The notes under the pieces: model-generated
What the model saw: the letters and a program-made list of their open reading frames with translations, nothing else
The model's database searches: none
Told to the model about the DNA's origin: nothing
Source: Alphaproteobacteria bacterium
Lineage (GTDB): Bacteria > Pseudomonadota > Alphaproteobacteria > GCA-2731375
Direction of reading: 5' to 3'
DNA length: 64,000 nucleotides
Assembly: GCA_965225945.1 (NCBI GenBank)
Contig: CBDDBZ010000038.1
Location: 224,001 to 288,000, forward strand
Made by a program: the position numbers and the translations under genes
In this document: piece after piece, positions 39,411 through 49,950 of the stretch
Position numbering within the stretch: the first letter of the stretch is position 1
How the letters are laid out: every line of letters begins with the position of its first letter

Positions 39411-40760
39411 ATGACCACGAACGGCGGCGCGCGCGAGGCGCTGGAACGCTCGCTGACGCGGATCGATGCGGAGAGCGAACGGCTGAACGCCTTCATCACG
39501 CTGGCGCCGGATGCGGCGCGCGCGGCGGCGGACGTGGCCGACAAGGCCGCGGCCGAGGGCCGCTGGCTCGGCCTGTTGCACGGCATGCCGATGGCGGTGA
39601 AGGACTGTATCGATACGGCGGGCCTGAGAACCACCAGCGGCTCAACTTTCTTTGAGCACCACGTGCCGAACGACGATGCCCCCGTGGTCGCCCGCCTGCG
39701 CCAGGCCGGCGCGGTGCTGGTCGGCAAGGCGACCCTGCAAGAGCTTTGTTTCGGCATCCGCTCGGTCAATCCGATTTCGGGCCAGTGCCACAACCCCTGG
39801 AACATCGACCGCGTGCCCGGCGGCTCCAGCGGCGGCTCCGGCGCCGCGCTGGCGGCGGATATGGTGCAGGGCGCGCTCGGCTCCGATACCGGCGGCTCGG
39901 TCCGCCTGCCGGCGTCCTTCTGCGGTGTCTCCGGCCTGCGTCCGACGGTCGGGCGGGTGCCGAACCATGGTGCTGCCCAGCTCAGTCCCACTTTCGACAC
40001 CATTGGGCCCATGGCGCGCTCGGTTGCGGACGTGGCCCGCATCCTGGCGGTCATCGCCGGGCCGGACCGGCGCGATCCGATGTCGGTTGACAAGCCGCTC
40101 GATAACTTTTTGCCCCGCCTGGACGACGGGGTCCGGGGCTTGCGCATCGGCGTGCCGAGCAACTCCTATTTCGAGAATGTGCCGGACGATATTGCGAGAC
40201 CGGTGATGGCGGCGCTGGCCGCGCTCGAGGCCCAGGGGGCCACGCTGGTCGACGTCGAGCTGTCGGGCGCGGCGGAAACCTACGAACACGCCGCGCTGAT
40301 CGTTTTCTCCGATGCCTGCGCCCATCACGCCGAACGCCTCGCCACCCGGCCAGAGGGCTTCAGCGCAGACGTGCATACTCGGTTGATCACCGGCCAGACG
40401 TTCACGGGGGTCGACTATGCTGGCGCCGTTCGCGCGCGGGAGGCCTGGCGCCGCACCCTGGCCGACGTCTTCGAGGAGGTCGACATCCTGGCCTCGCCGA
40501 CGGGGCGGGCGGATCCGCCGCCGATCGCCGACGACCGCGGCCTGCTGGAAGCGACGCGCGATGCCAGCCGTAACACCTATGCAGGCGGCCTTGGCGCCAT
40601 TCCTGGACTGTCCGTGCCGTGCGGCTTTTCCGCCATCGGCCTGCCCGTCGGCCTGCAACTGGAGGGGGCGTGGTGGCAAGAGCCTCTGCTGCTGCAAGTT
40701 GGCCACGCCTACCAGTCGGCGACCGAGTGGCATCTGGCCCGACCGCCAGAAGTCGCATGA
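39411..40760 (+). CDS. Amidase (amidase-signature family)
   Basis: AVKD, GGSSGGS and GSDTGGSVRLPAS motifs. Confidence 0.93.
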   Translation: MTTNGGAREALERSLTRIDAESERLNAFITLAPDAARAAADVADKAAAEGRWLGLLHGMPMAVKDCIDTAGLRTTSGSTFFEHHVPNDDAPVVARLRQAGAVLVGKATLQELCFGIRSVNPISGQCHNPWNIDRVPGGSSGGSGAALAADMVQGALGSDTGGSVRLPASFCGVSGLRPTVGRVPNHGAAQLSPTFDTIGPMARSVADVARILAVIAGPDRRDPMSVDKPLDNFLPRLDDGVRGLRIGVPSNSYFENVPDDIARPVMAALAALEAQGATLVDVELSGAAETYEHAALIVFSDACAHHAERLATRPEGFSADVHTRLITGQTFTGVDYAGAVRAREAWRRTLADVFEEVDILASPTGRADPPPIADDRGLLEATRDASRNTYAGGLGAIPGLSVPCGFSAIGLPVGLQLEGAWWQEPLLLQVGHAYQSATEWHLARPPEVA

Positions 40761-41508
40761 GCGGACATTCTGTCGACCCGGTGGAGGTCGTCGTCGGACA
40801 TCCGGGCCAACCGGGCATCTACGCGGCCGAGCAGTCAACCTCTCTCGCCGCCGGTCTTAGGTACCGGACGGCGATATCGAGCGGATCTTGGAGGCCGCAC
40901 GGCACAGTCCATCAGGGGCCAACGCGCAGCCCTGGCATTTCGTCGTCGTCGAGTCGATCGAGACCAAGGCGGCGATCGGCGACTATTTCATCGCCGAGGC
41001 GACGCGCCGGGCCAAGCTCAAAATGAAGTTTCCAACGCCGAATTATGCCGGCATGAAGACGGCGCCCGGCTTCATCGTTGTGATAGCCGATTTTCGCTAC
41101 GTCGATGCCTTTCCGGTGCTGAACGACGGTTCCGAGCTCGACACTATGTACCGCAAGAACGCGGAAAGGATCCTGCTGCAAAGCGTCGCCGCCGCGACAA
41201 TGGCGGCGCATCTGGCCGTGGCCGCGCTCGGTCATGCGGTCTGGTGGGTGACGGCGATCGGGCAAGAAGCCGCCCAGCAGGCACTGAGGCCGCTCCTCGG
41301 CGTGCCCGACGACCTCTCGGTCATCGACATCATGTGCTTTGGTGCGCCCTTAAAGCTACCCTATACGCGCTGGAAGAAGGACCTGGCCACGATCCACAGC
41401 CGAGACCGTTTTGACATGTCGAAATATCAGTCCCCGGCGGAGATCGACGACTGGATTCGCAATACCCGTCACAAGGTGATGTATCAAGACCAGACTAAAG
41501 TCGATTGA
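40757..41508 (+). pseudogene. Nitroreductase-family protein, frameshifted near the 5' end
   Basis: ATGA overlap with the amidase; LEAARHSPSGANAQPWHFVVV intact from 40888. Confidence 0.8.
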
Positions 41509-41593
41509 TCGGGAGCAGATCGCACGGCCTCGAAATTCTCTAAACCGGAATTCCCCAGATGGCTTTTCCGAATCGCCGAGGAGGGACGCTGCC

Positions 41594-42547
41594 ATGATCA
41601 TCGCCGCCGACAACATCGACAGGCTTCTGGCCGTCGAGATGCGCCGTCAAGGCATCCCGCGCGGCTTCAAGTGGCGCATCTTCGAGATCGCCCGGCGATG
41701 GCAGGGCGAGCCGCTGTGCCTGGCCGCGGCCCGGCCACTGATCGGCACGCCGATGCGCGTTGCCCTCGTCACCGGCGCCTGGGTGCCGGAGCATATGCCG
41801 GTCGGGGAAAGCGACGGGCCCTACGGGAGCGTGATACTGGCCCGAGCCCTAGCACGGATCGGCCATGCTGTGACGATTTACACCGACCGCGAGACCGCGC
41901 CGCCGATCAATTTCCTGGCCGACTACCTTGGCGGGGAGGCCACGGTCGAGGCGGTCGGACGCGACGACGACGGCGCCAATTCGCGAATCGCCGAGGAAAA
42001 CGACGCCTTCATCGCCGTCGAGCGCCTGGGCCGGAACGTCAACGGCATTCTGTACAGCATGAACGCCTTTCCACTCTCCGAGCATCAGCATGCCTTCGAC
42101 GACTGCGTTGATATGATGCGGGCCGCCGGCAAACCGGCCATTTCGATCACCGACGGTGGCAACGAGATCGGCTACGGCGTCATACGTGACGCCCTGATCG
42201 AAGCCCTGCCGGACCTCAATCTCGCCGATAAGACGGCGTGCGGCGGCGGAATCGTCTCGGCTACTGAATGCGATGTGCTAGTCGTCGCGAACTCCTCCAA
42301 CCTCGGCGCCTACGGCGTCGTTGCCGGACTGGCGCTTCTGACAGGAGATGCAACGCTATGCCATGAGCCAGCGGAGGAACTGGCGCTGCATCACGTCGGT
42401 GTCGGTCTGGGACTGATCGACGGCGGCGGGGGTGGCGCGGTCGCTGCTTGCGACGGTATACCCGCCGAGGCCAGCGCCGCCGTCGTGCACCTCGTCCAGA
42501 ACATCGTCGAGCGAGCCCTCGAGGCGCCGCGCGAGCGCCCCTTCTGA
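41594..42547 (+). CDS. D-glutamate cyclase-like (DUF4392) protein
   Basis: ESDGP, AVERLG, DGGNEIG and SNLG motifs. Confidence 0.82.
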   Translation: MIIAADNIDRLLAVEMRRQGIPRGFKWRIFEIARRWQGEPLCLAAARPLIGTPMRVALVTGAWVPEHMPVGESDGPYGSVILARALARIGHAVTIYTDRETAPPINFLADYLGGEATVEAVGRDDDGANSRIAEENDAFIAVERLGRNVNGILYSMNAFPLSEHQHAFDDCVDMMRAAGKPAISITDGGNEIGYGVIRDALIEALPDLNLADKTACGGGIVSATECDVLVVANSSNLGAYGVVAGLALLTGDATLCHEPAEELALHHVGVGLGLIDGGGGGAVAACDGIPAEASAAVVHLVQNIVERALEAPRERPF

Positions 42548-42705
42548 GCCCTATCCGACGTCGGCCTCGCACAGTGGAGCGCCGCCGCGACCTTCTCTCG
42601 GTGAGCGCCCGGCAACGCTTGAAGATCCATGCGCCTCGGCATTGGCCGATACAGAGCCGTGTCGGGGGACGATTGCCGAGAGTGGTTCGCGAACCGGGTC
42701 GGATG

Positions 42706-42795
42706 AACTTCCGCAGCTGGGGGTATATTCCCCGTCGAGGCGACACGGCCGCTTAGGCGATTGGTAGCCAGCATTTTCCGTTAGCGGAATCTAAT
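42706..42795 (+). repeat. Modular repeat unit S8
   Basis: aacttccgcagc-TGGGGGTA-tattccccgtc..ggccgcttaggcgattgg-TAGCCA|gcattttccgttagcggaatCTAAT. Confidence 0.85.
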
Positions 42796-42935
42796 TTCGG
42801 GAAGAGGAATGCGAGCGACAGTGCCTCATGACGCATCAAGGGCAACGGATTGAATTGACAGCCCCACCGAGGCTCTATAGCGTCCCTGATGATCGCGCCC
42901 GGGACCTCGACTCGATGACGCAGGGGGAGGAGAAC

Positions 42936-44066
42936 ATGAGAAAAAGCAGGCTTGGTCGCGCGTCGGCTGTCGCCGTCGCCGCCGCGTTCACGGTTGCAAC
43001 GCTGATGATTGGCGTGTCCACCGCCGCCAACGCCGAGTTGCAAAAGGTGATCATCCGCGTCTCGGTCGATCTGCCGCCGCCGCCTCATCCGACGGCCATC
43101 GCCATGGAATGGTTCAAGAAGCAGGTGGAAGCGCAATTCCCCAAGGGCAGCGAGGTGCGCAATTTCTACGCCGGCGCCCTTTACAAGGACCCGGACGCCT
43201 TGTCGGCGATGACCCAGGGCAACCTGGAGATGGGCTGGCTCGTCACGGGCAAGACCGCAGCCACCGACATCTGGCTGAGCATCATCGGCCAGCCCGGTGT
43301 CCTTACCACCGTGGCCGCCATTCATGATCTCCCGAACCAGCCCACAGGTAAGATGCTGCTCGATCGGCTGCGTGAGAAGCACGGCATCGTTCCCTTCGGA
43401 TTCGCCGACCTGAGCTTCGCCCTCGCTATGGCGGGCAAAGAGCGTCTGCTCACCGTGGACTCGTTCAAAGGCAAGAAGATCCGCACATTCGCCGCGGCAG
43501 TGAACCCGGTCGTGGCCTCCTGGGGTGCCTCGCCGGTGGTGATGTCGTTCGGCGACGTGCCCAGCGCCCTCGAGTCCGGAGTTCTCGATGGCATAATCAC
43601 CTCCATCGGGGGCTGGCGCTCCATCACCGAGCAAACCCCCTACTATACCATTGCAGGCATCTCCACGGTCACGTTCGACAACTACTGGGTCGGCGCGAGC
43701 GCACAATGGTTCAACAACCTGAACCAGGATACGCAGGCCAAAATCAGGGAGCTCACCACCCAGGCCATCAGCTACCAGAACGAACTGAACTGGTGCAACG
43801 ACGAGTTCGCCATCCGAGAGTTCAAGGCGAAGACCCCGTCCGAGCCCGGAATCTACGTGGCCACAGCCGCGGAAGCGAAGCCGTTGCAGCAGGCTATCGG
43901 CAACAACGTGGCCAATTATCTCAAGGAAAAGCTGCCACAAGAGGCGCATGCCTGGGTCGACCGGTACCTGGAGGAAGGACGGGCTGCGTCCGCTCGCCTC
44001 GGCCCCGGCAGCGACCCGGTAGAGAGTCTGGACTGCGCCAAGCACGAGCCAGTCCTGAAGAGATAG
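42936..44066 (+). CDS. dctP: TRAP transporter substrate-binding protein
   Basis: Signal peptide, FKGKKIR, WGASPVVMSFGDV..ALESGVLDG. Confidence 0.9.
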   Translation: MRKSRLGRASAVAVAAAFTVATLMIGVSTAANAELQKVIIRVSVDLPPPPHPTAIAMEWFKKQVEAQFPKGSEVRNFYAGALYKDPDALSAMTQGNLEMGWLVTGKTAATDIWLSIIGQPGVLTTVAAIHDLPNQPTGKMLLDRLREKHGIVPFGFADLSFALAMAGKERLLTVDSFKGKKIRTFAAAVNPVVASWGASPVVMSFGDVPSALESGVLDGIITSIGGWRSITEQTPYYTIAGISTVTFDNYWVGASAQWFNNLNQDTQAKIRELTTQAISYQNELNWCNDEFAIREFKAKTPSEPGIYVATAAEAKPLQQAIGNNVANYLKEKLPQEAHAWVDRYLEEGRAASARLGPGSDPVESLDCAKHEPVLKR

Positions 44067-44088
44067 CGCGGGATCCCCGACAGTGGAA

Positions 44089-44688
44089 ATGGAGGGCCAA
44101 CCCGACCCTCCCCGACCGGACGCCATGAGCAAACTGTTCTGGGCGTGGCGCACGTTTCAGGAGTCGTTCCTGCAGTACGTCGCGGCGCTGCTGCTACTCG
44201 GTCTGACACTCCTCGCGGTGCTGGAAGTGATACGCCGCTACGTCTTCGGCGTGTCCTTTGAATGGCAACAGGACGCAGTGACCTACGGAATCCTCTCCGG
44301 CGTGTTTCTGTTCTTTGCCATTACCCAAAGCCGCAAGGCCCACCTGCGCGTGACCGTTTTCCTCCTCCTGCTGCGTGAAAAGGGCGGGCGCCCGGGCTCC
44401 ATCATGGCCACCGTCCTGGAAATATTCGGTGCCGCGGTCGGCATCGCCTTCTGCGTCTGGTTGGTCTGGCACGGAATCGAAGCGATACAGCTGATGATCA
44501 GTCAGGGCCGCAGGACGGAGAGCCTGTTGTTCCCGCTCTGGCTGTTCTTCGCCGTCTTCCTGGCCGGCATGGCATTCCTCGCGGTGAGCTTCTTCTTCCA
44601 GCTCATTCACGAAATTCGGGTTCTGCGCGGCAAGGAACGGCCCGTGGACAGATACGAGGAGGAGGGAGCGGGCGGCTCGCTTCTCTAG
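44089..44688 (+). CDS. dctQ: TRAP transporter small permease
   Basis: Four TM helices, VIRRYVF, HLRV; start uncertain. Confidence 0.88.
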   Translation: MEGQPDPPRPDAMSKLFWAWRTFQESFLQYVAALLLLGLTLLAVLEVIRRYVFGVSFEWQQDAVTYGILSGVFLFFAITQSRKAHLRVTVFLLLLREKGGRPGSIMATVLEIFGAAVGIAFCVWLVWHGIEAIQLMISQGRRTESLLFPLWLFFAVFLAGMAFLAVSFFFQLIHEIRVLRGKERPVDRYEEEGAGGSLL

Positions 44689-44760
44689 CTCCATCAAGAC
44701 GCTCGGCACAACGCCTCGGTAAGTCTCCTAGCCCCCGTCCAGCCCACGAGAAATCACACG

Positions 44761-46050
44761 ATGGGTGCTCTCCTCGTCAGTATCCTGACGTTTCTCGGCT
44801 CGGGCGTCACCATCGGCATCGCCATGGGGGCGGCGAGCATGCTGTTCATCCACTTCGATCCGCTGCTAGACGCCCGCGTGCTCTCCCAGAGCTTCTTTGC
44901 CTTTCTCGGCAGCTACAGCCTGATGGCCGTGCCGCTGTTCATTTTCGCCGGCTTCCTGATGGAACGAACCGGGATGATCCGCCAGCTCTTCGAGTTCGCC
45001 GAAGCGCTGGTGAGCTGGGTCTTTGGCGGCTTCGGGCTCGCCACGGTCACCACCTGCGTGCTCTTCAGCGCGATCTCCGGCTCCAGCGTCGCGGTCGCTT
45101 CCGCCATGAGCATCATCGCCATCCCGGAGATGCGCTTGCGCAACTACCCGGACTGGCTGTCGGCGGGCATCGTCGCCTCGGGCGGGGGGATCGGCCTGCT
45201 CATTCCGCCGAGCCTCTCCCTGATCATCTACGGCATCGCGACCGAGACCTCCATCGTGCGCCTGTTCATGGCCGGCGTCGTGCCCGGGCTTATGCTGGCC
45301 ACCGGGATGTACGTGGTGATCATCATCGCCGCGTGGCGCATCCCGGGCCTGGACCGCGGCGAGTTCCGGCTGAAGCCCCTGCTGACGAGCACCTGGGGCG
45401 CGCTGCCCGGTCTCGGTATGCCCGTGCTGGTGCTGGGTGGCCTTTACGGTGGGCTGTTCACGCCTACGGAGGCGGCGGCGGCGGCCTGCGGGTATGCGCT
45501 TGTCTACGGCCTCATCAGCGGGCGTGGACGGTTCCTGCGCGAGCTGTTGCCGGTTGCCGCCCGCGCCATGAATCTCTCGGCCGTGGTCTTCTTTCTGGTC
45601 GGCAGCGTGGGCATATTCCAGTTCGTCGCCGCCAATCAGGCTTGGCCCCAGCAGCTGGCGCAGATGGTCATCGACATGCATCTGGCGCCCCTGCCGTTCC
45701 TCTTTGGCTACCTGGGCCTGCTGCTGATGCTCGGCACCTTTCTGGACGGCATCGCCATGATCCTGTTGACCGTGCCGGTGGTCTTTCCGGTGGCCCGCGC
45801 ACTCGGCATCGATCCGATCCACCTCGGCATCATCGTGACCATGGGCGTGGAGCTCAGCGTCATCACCCCGCCGGTCGGCTTCAACCTCTATGCGGTGAGC
45901 GGCATTGCCCGGATCCCCATCCAGACGGTGCTTCGCGGAGCCATGATTTTCTTTCTGTCCGATCTCGCCGTGACCCTCATCATCGTCCTTGTGCCGGAGT
46001 TCTCCACATGGCTCCCCAAGACGCTGAGCGCCCCATCTCCGTTCGAGTAG
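44761..46050 (+). CDS. dctM: TRAP transporter large permease
   Basis: AVPLFI, ISGSS, IPPS, FTPTEA and TPPVG motifs. Confidence 0.93.
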   Translation: MGALLVSILTFLGSGVTIGIAMGAASMLFIHFDPLLDARVLSQSFFAFLGSYSLMAVPLFIFAGFLMERTGMIRQLFEFAEALVSWVFGGFGLATVTTCVLFSAISGSSVAVASAMSIIAIPEMRLRNYPDWLSAGIVASGGGIGLLIPPSLSLIIYGIATETSIVRLFMAGVVPGLMLATGMYVVIIIAAWRIPGLDRGEFRLKPLLTSTWGALPGLGMPVLVLGGLYGGLFTPTEAAAAACGYALVYGLISGRGRFLRELLPVAARAMNLSAVVFFLVGSVGIFQFVAANQAWPQQLAQMVIDMHLAPLPFLFGYLGLLLMLGTFLDGIAMILLTVPVVFPVARALGIDPIHLGIIVTMGVELSVITPPVGFNLYAVSGIARIPIQTVLRGAMIFFLSDLAVTLIIVLVPEFSTWLPKTLSAPSPFE

Positions 46051-46053
46051 ACG

Positions 46054-46190
46054 ACCACGACACCGATCTCCTTCAGGTCGTCCTCGCCAAGGTAAGGCAA
46101 TGCATCGAGATCGATCTCGTTCTCGGTGAACACGTCCACGTATTTACCGAGGCCTAGATCGTCCAACCAGTTGGCGATGTCGTGCGCCAT
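46054..46190 (-). pseudogene. SAM-domain 5' fragment (adenylate cyclase-type)
   Basis: MAHDIANWLDDLGLGKYVDVFTENEIDLDALPYLGEDDLKEIGV, then abuts the dctM stop. Confidence 0.8.
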
Positions 46191-46270
46191 TCCTGCCTCA
46201 ATGAGACCTGGTCTAAATGGAAGCTTAGGTGCATTTTGGCCCGCGTAATCCATTGGCACAGGCCGGGTCG

Positions 46271-46291
46271 CCGAATGTCTCTTGTGGGTCA
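46271..46291 (+). repeat. Left half of repeat S9
   Basis: ccgaatgtctcttgt-GGGTCA| immediately before the Int-IS91 element. Confidence 0.75.
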
Positions 46292-46435
46292 AGGCACTAA
46301 ATCGCTACGCGATATTTCGTGGGTGAGGGGTCATGGCGCGCCCAGCCACCGCCGTGGATTTCATCGATAACACTTCGAGCGCTCGTTCCTGATCATTGAG
46401 GTCTCGTCGACCTCAACTCAGGAAGGAGCATCTCC

Positions 46436-47347
46436 ATGACGACGACGATGACCCCATTGCGCCAGCGCATGATCGAGGACATGAACGCCCGCAAGCTGGT
46501 GGCGGGCACGCAGAAGGGCCACCTCCGCGGCTGCGAGCGCTTTGCCGTGTTTCTGGATGGCTCGCCCGATACCGCCGTGGCCGAGGACGTCCGCCGCTTC
46601 CAAGTTCATCTGGCGGAGAGCGGGATGAGCATCTGCAACCGCAACCGGACCATGACCGGGCTCCGTTTTCTGTTCCGCGTGACCTTGCGACGGCTCGATC
46701 TCGCGGCGGAGATCTTCCACATCCGCGAGCCGCAAAGGCTGCCGAAGGTGATGAGCCAGGACGAGGCCAAGCGTCTCCTGGTGATGGCCCGGAACCTGAA
46801 GACCCGCGCGCTGCTCTCGCTCGCCTATGGCTGTGGCATGCGAGCGGGCGAGGTGGTGCGCTTGCGCGTCGGCGACATCGACAGCGCCCAAGGCATCATC
46901 CGTATCGTCCAGGGCAAGGGCCGCAAGGACCGTAACGTGATGCTGTCGAAGGGACTGCTGGCGTTGCTCAGGCAATGGTGGCGGGCCCGCCCGACCCGCC
47001 ACGACGCGGGCGTGCCTGCGCAACAGCGCTGGCTCTTCCCCGGTCGCGAGGCGGGGCGGCACGCCACGACCCGGCAGTTCAGCCGGTTGTTCGAGGAGGC
47101 GGTGGCCGCCGCCGGGATCACCAAGCACGTGACGCCGCACTCGTTGCGGCATTCCTTCGCCACCCACTTGCTCGAGCGCGGCACCGACATTCGCTACATC
47201 CAAGCGCTTTTGGGCCACGACAAGCTCGACACCACGGCGCGTTACACGCGGGTCGCGACCGGCACCATCGCCGCCATCGAGAGCCCGCTGGATCTCTTGT
47301 CCAAGCCCGGTGGCAAGAAGCGGAAGAAGGCCAAGCCGTCGGGGTAG
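46436..47347 (+). CDS. Tyrosine integrase
   Basis: Identical to 23525-24436 apart from an A/T change near the C-terminus. Confidence 0.93.
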   Translation: MTTTMTPLRQRMIEDMNARKLVAGTQKGHLRGCERFAVFLDGSPDTAVAEDVRRFQVHLAESGMSICNRNRTMTGLRFLFRVTLRRLDLAAEIFHIREPQRLPKVMSQDEAKRLLVMARNLKTRALLSLAYGCGMRAGEVVRLRVGDIDSAQGIIRIVQGKGRKDRNVMLSKGLLALLRQWWRARPTRHDAGVPAQQRWLFPGREAGRHATTRQFSRLFEEAVAAAGITKHVTPHSLRHSFATHLLERGTDIRYIQALLGHDKLDTTARYTRVATGTIAAIESPLDLLSKPGGKKRKKAKPSG

Positions 47348-47723
47348 CGCCGCCGGGTCGTGACAGCCCATGGGTTGGAGGTCGCGGAAATCTTCCGCGA
47401 CTTCGGCCCCGCCTGGCGTCGGGCCAATGCCGGCCACGTGAGCTTGCAACAGCTGAAGGTCATGAGCGCCATCGAGCGCTGCCGCACGGCCGCGCTCGGC
47501 GGGCACGTCTTGGCCTGCGATGTCAATCGGCGTTGAACATTGACCCCCTATCGGCGTGCAATGTTGACCCCTTTGGGGATGCACGGCGGAGGTCGTACAG
47601 GTAGTCCATAGGAGGGGCCCGCGCGCGGGCCGACGCGCCCACCACGCGGCTGGCGGCGGACCGCGCGTGGGAGGTTCCTGTGGGCCCACCTGGGTGACCG
47701 GGCGGCAGGTGGATCGGTTGCCT

Positions 47724-48452
47724 TTAGGACCGATTCTTGAAGCGCCAGGAGTCGTTTCCGGTCTCGATGATCTCGCAGTGGTGCGTCAGACGATCGAGGA
47801 GCGCGGTGGTCATCTTGGCGTCGCCGAAGACGGACGGCCATTCGCCGAAGGTCAGGTTGGTGGTGACGATGATCGAGGTGCGCTCGTAGAGCCGGCTGAC
47901 GAGGTGGAACAGCAGCTGGCCTCCGGTTTGGGCGAAGGGCAGGTAGCCGAGCTCGTCGAGGATGACGAGGTCGCGCCGGGCCAGCTGATCGGCGAGCCGG
48001 CCCTGGCGGCCGGCGCGGGCTTCGGCCTCGAGCCGGTTGACCAGGTCGACGACGTTGAAGAAGCGGCCCCGGGCGCCATCGCGGATGCAGGCCCGCGCGA
48101 TGGCGACGGCGAGATGGCTCTTGCCGGTGCCGGTGCCGCCGATCAGCACGGCGTTGCGCTGGTTGGCCAGGAAGCCGCCGACCGCCAACTCGCGGACCAG
48201 CGGCTCGTTGACCGGGGTGTCGGTGAAGTCGAAGTCGGCCAGCTCCTTGGCCAGCGGCAGCTTGGCGCCACTCATCTGGTACTTGATGGATCGCGCCTGC
48301 TTGTCGGCGATCTCGGCCTTCAACAGCTCGCCGATGATTCGCTGCATCGGATGCTGGCGCTTGAGGCCGTCGGCGAGCACCTCGTCGAACGCGTCGCGCA
48401 TGCCGGCGAGCTTGAGTGCGGCCATCATCTCCAGGACCTCATGGCGCTCCAT
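47724..48452 (-). CDS. istB: IstB
   Basis: Identical protein to copy 1. Confidence 0.95.
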   Translation of the reverse strand: MERHEVLEMMAALKLAGMRDAFDEVLADGLKRQHPMQRIIGELLKAEIADKQARSIKYQMSGAKLPLAKELADFDFTDTPVNEPLVRELAVGGFLANQRNAVLIGGTGTGKSHLAVAIARACIRDGARGRFFNVVDLVNRLEAEARAGRQGRLADQLARRDLVILDELGYLPFAQTGGQLLFHLVSRLYERTSIIVTTNLTFGEWPSVFGDAKMTTALLDRLTHHCEIIETGNDSWRFKNRS

Positions 48453-49950
48453 GGCCGACCCCCCTCAAGCGGTCGTAGCGGGTGCAATCGGCCACCGGCT
48501 CAAAGCGAAGACGCAGGTTCGCGGGCGTCGGGATCGGCGCCGTCTCGGACGGCTGGCGCCGACGATTGAGGATGTTGAGCACGACGTCGGCGCTGCACAC
48601 GCCGCCAGCGAGCGCCTCGGCACAGGCGGCCTCCACCGCCGCCAGCCCATCCGCCAGCACGGCGGTGAGGATCTCGACCATCTGCCTGTCGCCGTCGTCG
48701 TGGCCGGCGAGCCGGACGCGCACGCGACCCAGGGCGCCGGGCAGCGCCCAGTCCTTGAACGGCGCGCCGTTACGAAGCGCACCGGGCTTCCTCGCCAGCA
48801 CGGGCACGTAGTGCCACGGGTCATAGACGGTCTGGTCGCGGCCGAAGCGCCGGGCATGCTCGGCGACGATCTCGCCGTCCTGGCGGATGACGATGCGATC
48901 GGCGTAGGCATGGACCTCGACCGGACGGCCGACGGCGCGCGCCGCCACGCTGTACTTGTTGCTGTCGAAGCGCACCAGGCAGGTCTTCGACACCGACGCC
49001 GGGACCGCGTGGAAGCCGTCGAACGGCCCGCGATAGCCGACCAGGGACGGACGCTCGTCCTCGAACACCTGCCAGACAGTCCTGTCCTTGAACACCGGGT
49101 GGGGATGACGCCGGGCGTAGGCGACGCACTGGTCCAAGAGCCAGGCGTTGAGCTCGTCGTAGGTCTTGAAGCGCAGCCGCGGGGTGAAGAACCGACCGCG
49201 GATGATCCCGACCTGGTTCTCGACCTGCCCCTTCTCCCATCCCGCTCCCGGCGTGCATGCTGTCGGTTCGACCAGGTAGTGGCCACACATCTGCACGAAG
49301 CGCCGGTTGAACGCGCGCTCCTTGCCGATGAGGACGGTCTGCACCGCCGTCTTCATGTTGTCGTAGATGCCTCGCCGGCAGGCACCCTGGAACAGCCGGA
49401 ATGCCCGGTCGTGGGCGTCGAACACCATCTCCTGGCTCTCGCGCGGATAAGCGCGGACGAAGAACATTCGGCTGTGGCACAGCCGGACGTGCGCGACCTT
49501 GACCTTGGTCGTCACCCCCGCCAGCACCACGTACTCGTGGCTCCAGTCGAACTGATAGGCCTCGCCCGGCGAGAACACCAACGGCACATAGGTCTGCGCC
49601 GTCGATGCCGAACGGCGCCACCGCCACGCCTTGGCGTAGCGCCGCACCGCGTCGTAGCCGCCGCCATAGCCCAGACCCTCGAGGGCTTCGGAGATCCGTA
49701 GCAGCGTCAGCCGCTCCCGCTTCGACTTGGTCTCGTTGGCCTCCAGCATCCGCTCCAGCTCGGCCGTCCACGGCCCCAGCTTCGGCATCGGCTGGACCCG
49801 CCGGTCGTAGGTGAACGCCGTCGCCTGCGAACGGATCACCTTGCGCACCGTGTTGCGCGAGACCTTCACGTCCCGCACGATCTCCTTGATCGGCTTCCCC
49901 TTGACGAAATACTCCCGCCGGATCCGCGCTATCGTCTCCACGACCAACAT
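48439..49950 (-). CDS. istA: IstA
   Basis: Near-identical to copy 1. Confidence 0.95.
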   Translation of the reverse strand: MLVVETIARIRREYFVKGKPIKEIVRDVKVSRNTVRKVIRSQATAFTYDRRVQPMPKLGPWTAELERMLEANETKSKRERLTLLRISEALEGLGYGGGYDAVRRYAKAWRWRRSASTAQTYVPLVFSPGEAYQFDWSHEYVVLAGVTTKVKVAHVRLCHSRMFFVRAYPRESQEMVFDAHDRAFRLFQGACRRGIYDNMKTAVQTVLIGKERAFNRRFVQMCGHYLVEPTACTPGAGWEKGQVENQVGIIRGRFFTPRLRFKTYDELNAWLLDQCVAYARRHPHPVFKDRTVWQVFEDERPSLVGYRGPFDGFHAVPASVSKTCLVRFDSNKYSVAARAVGRPVEVHAYADRIVIRQDGEIVAEHARRFGRDQTVYDPWHYVPVLARKPGALRNGAPFKDWALPGALGRVRVRLAGHDDGDRQMVEILTAVLADGLAAVEAACAEALAGGVCSADVVLNILNRRRQPSETAPIPTPANLRLRFEPVADCTRYDRLRGVGHGAP

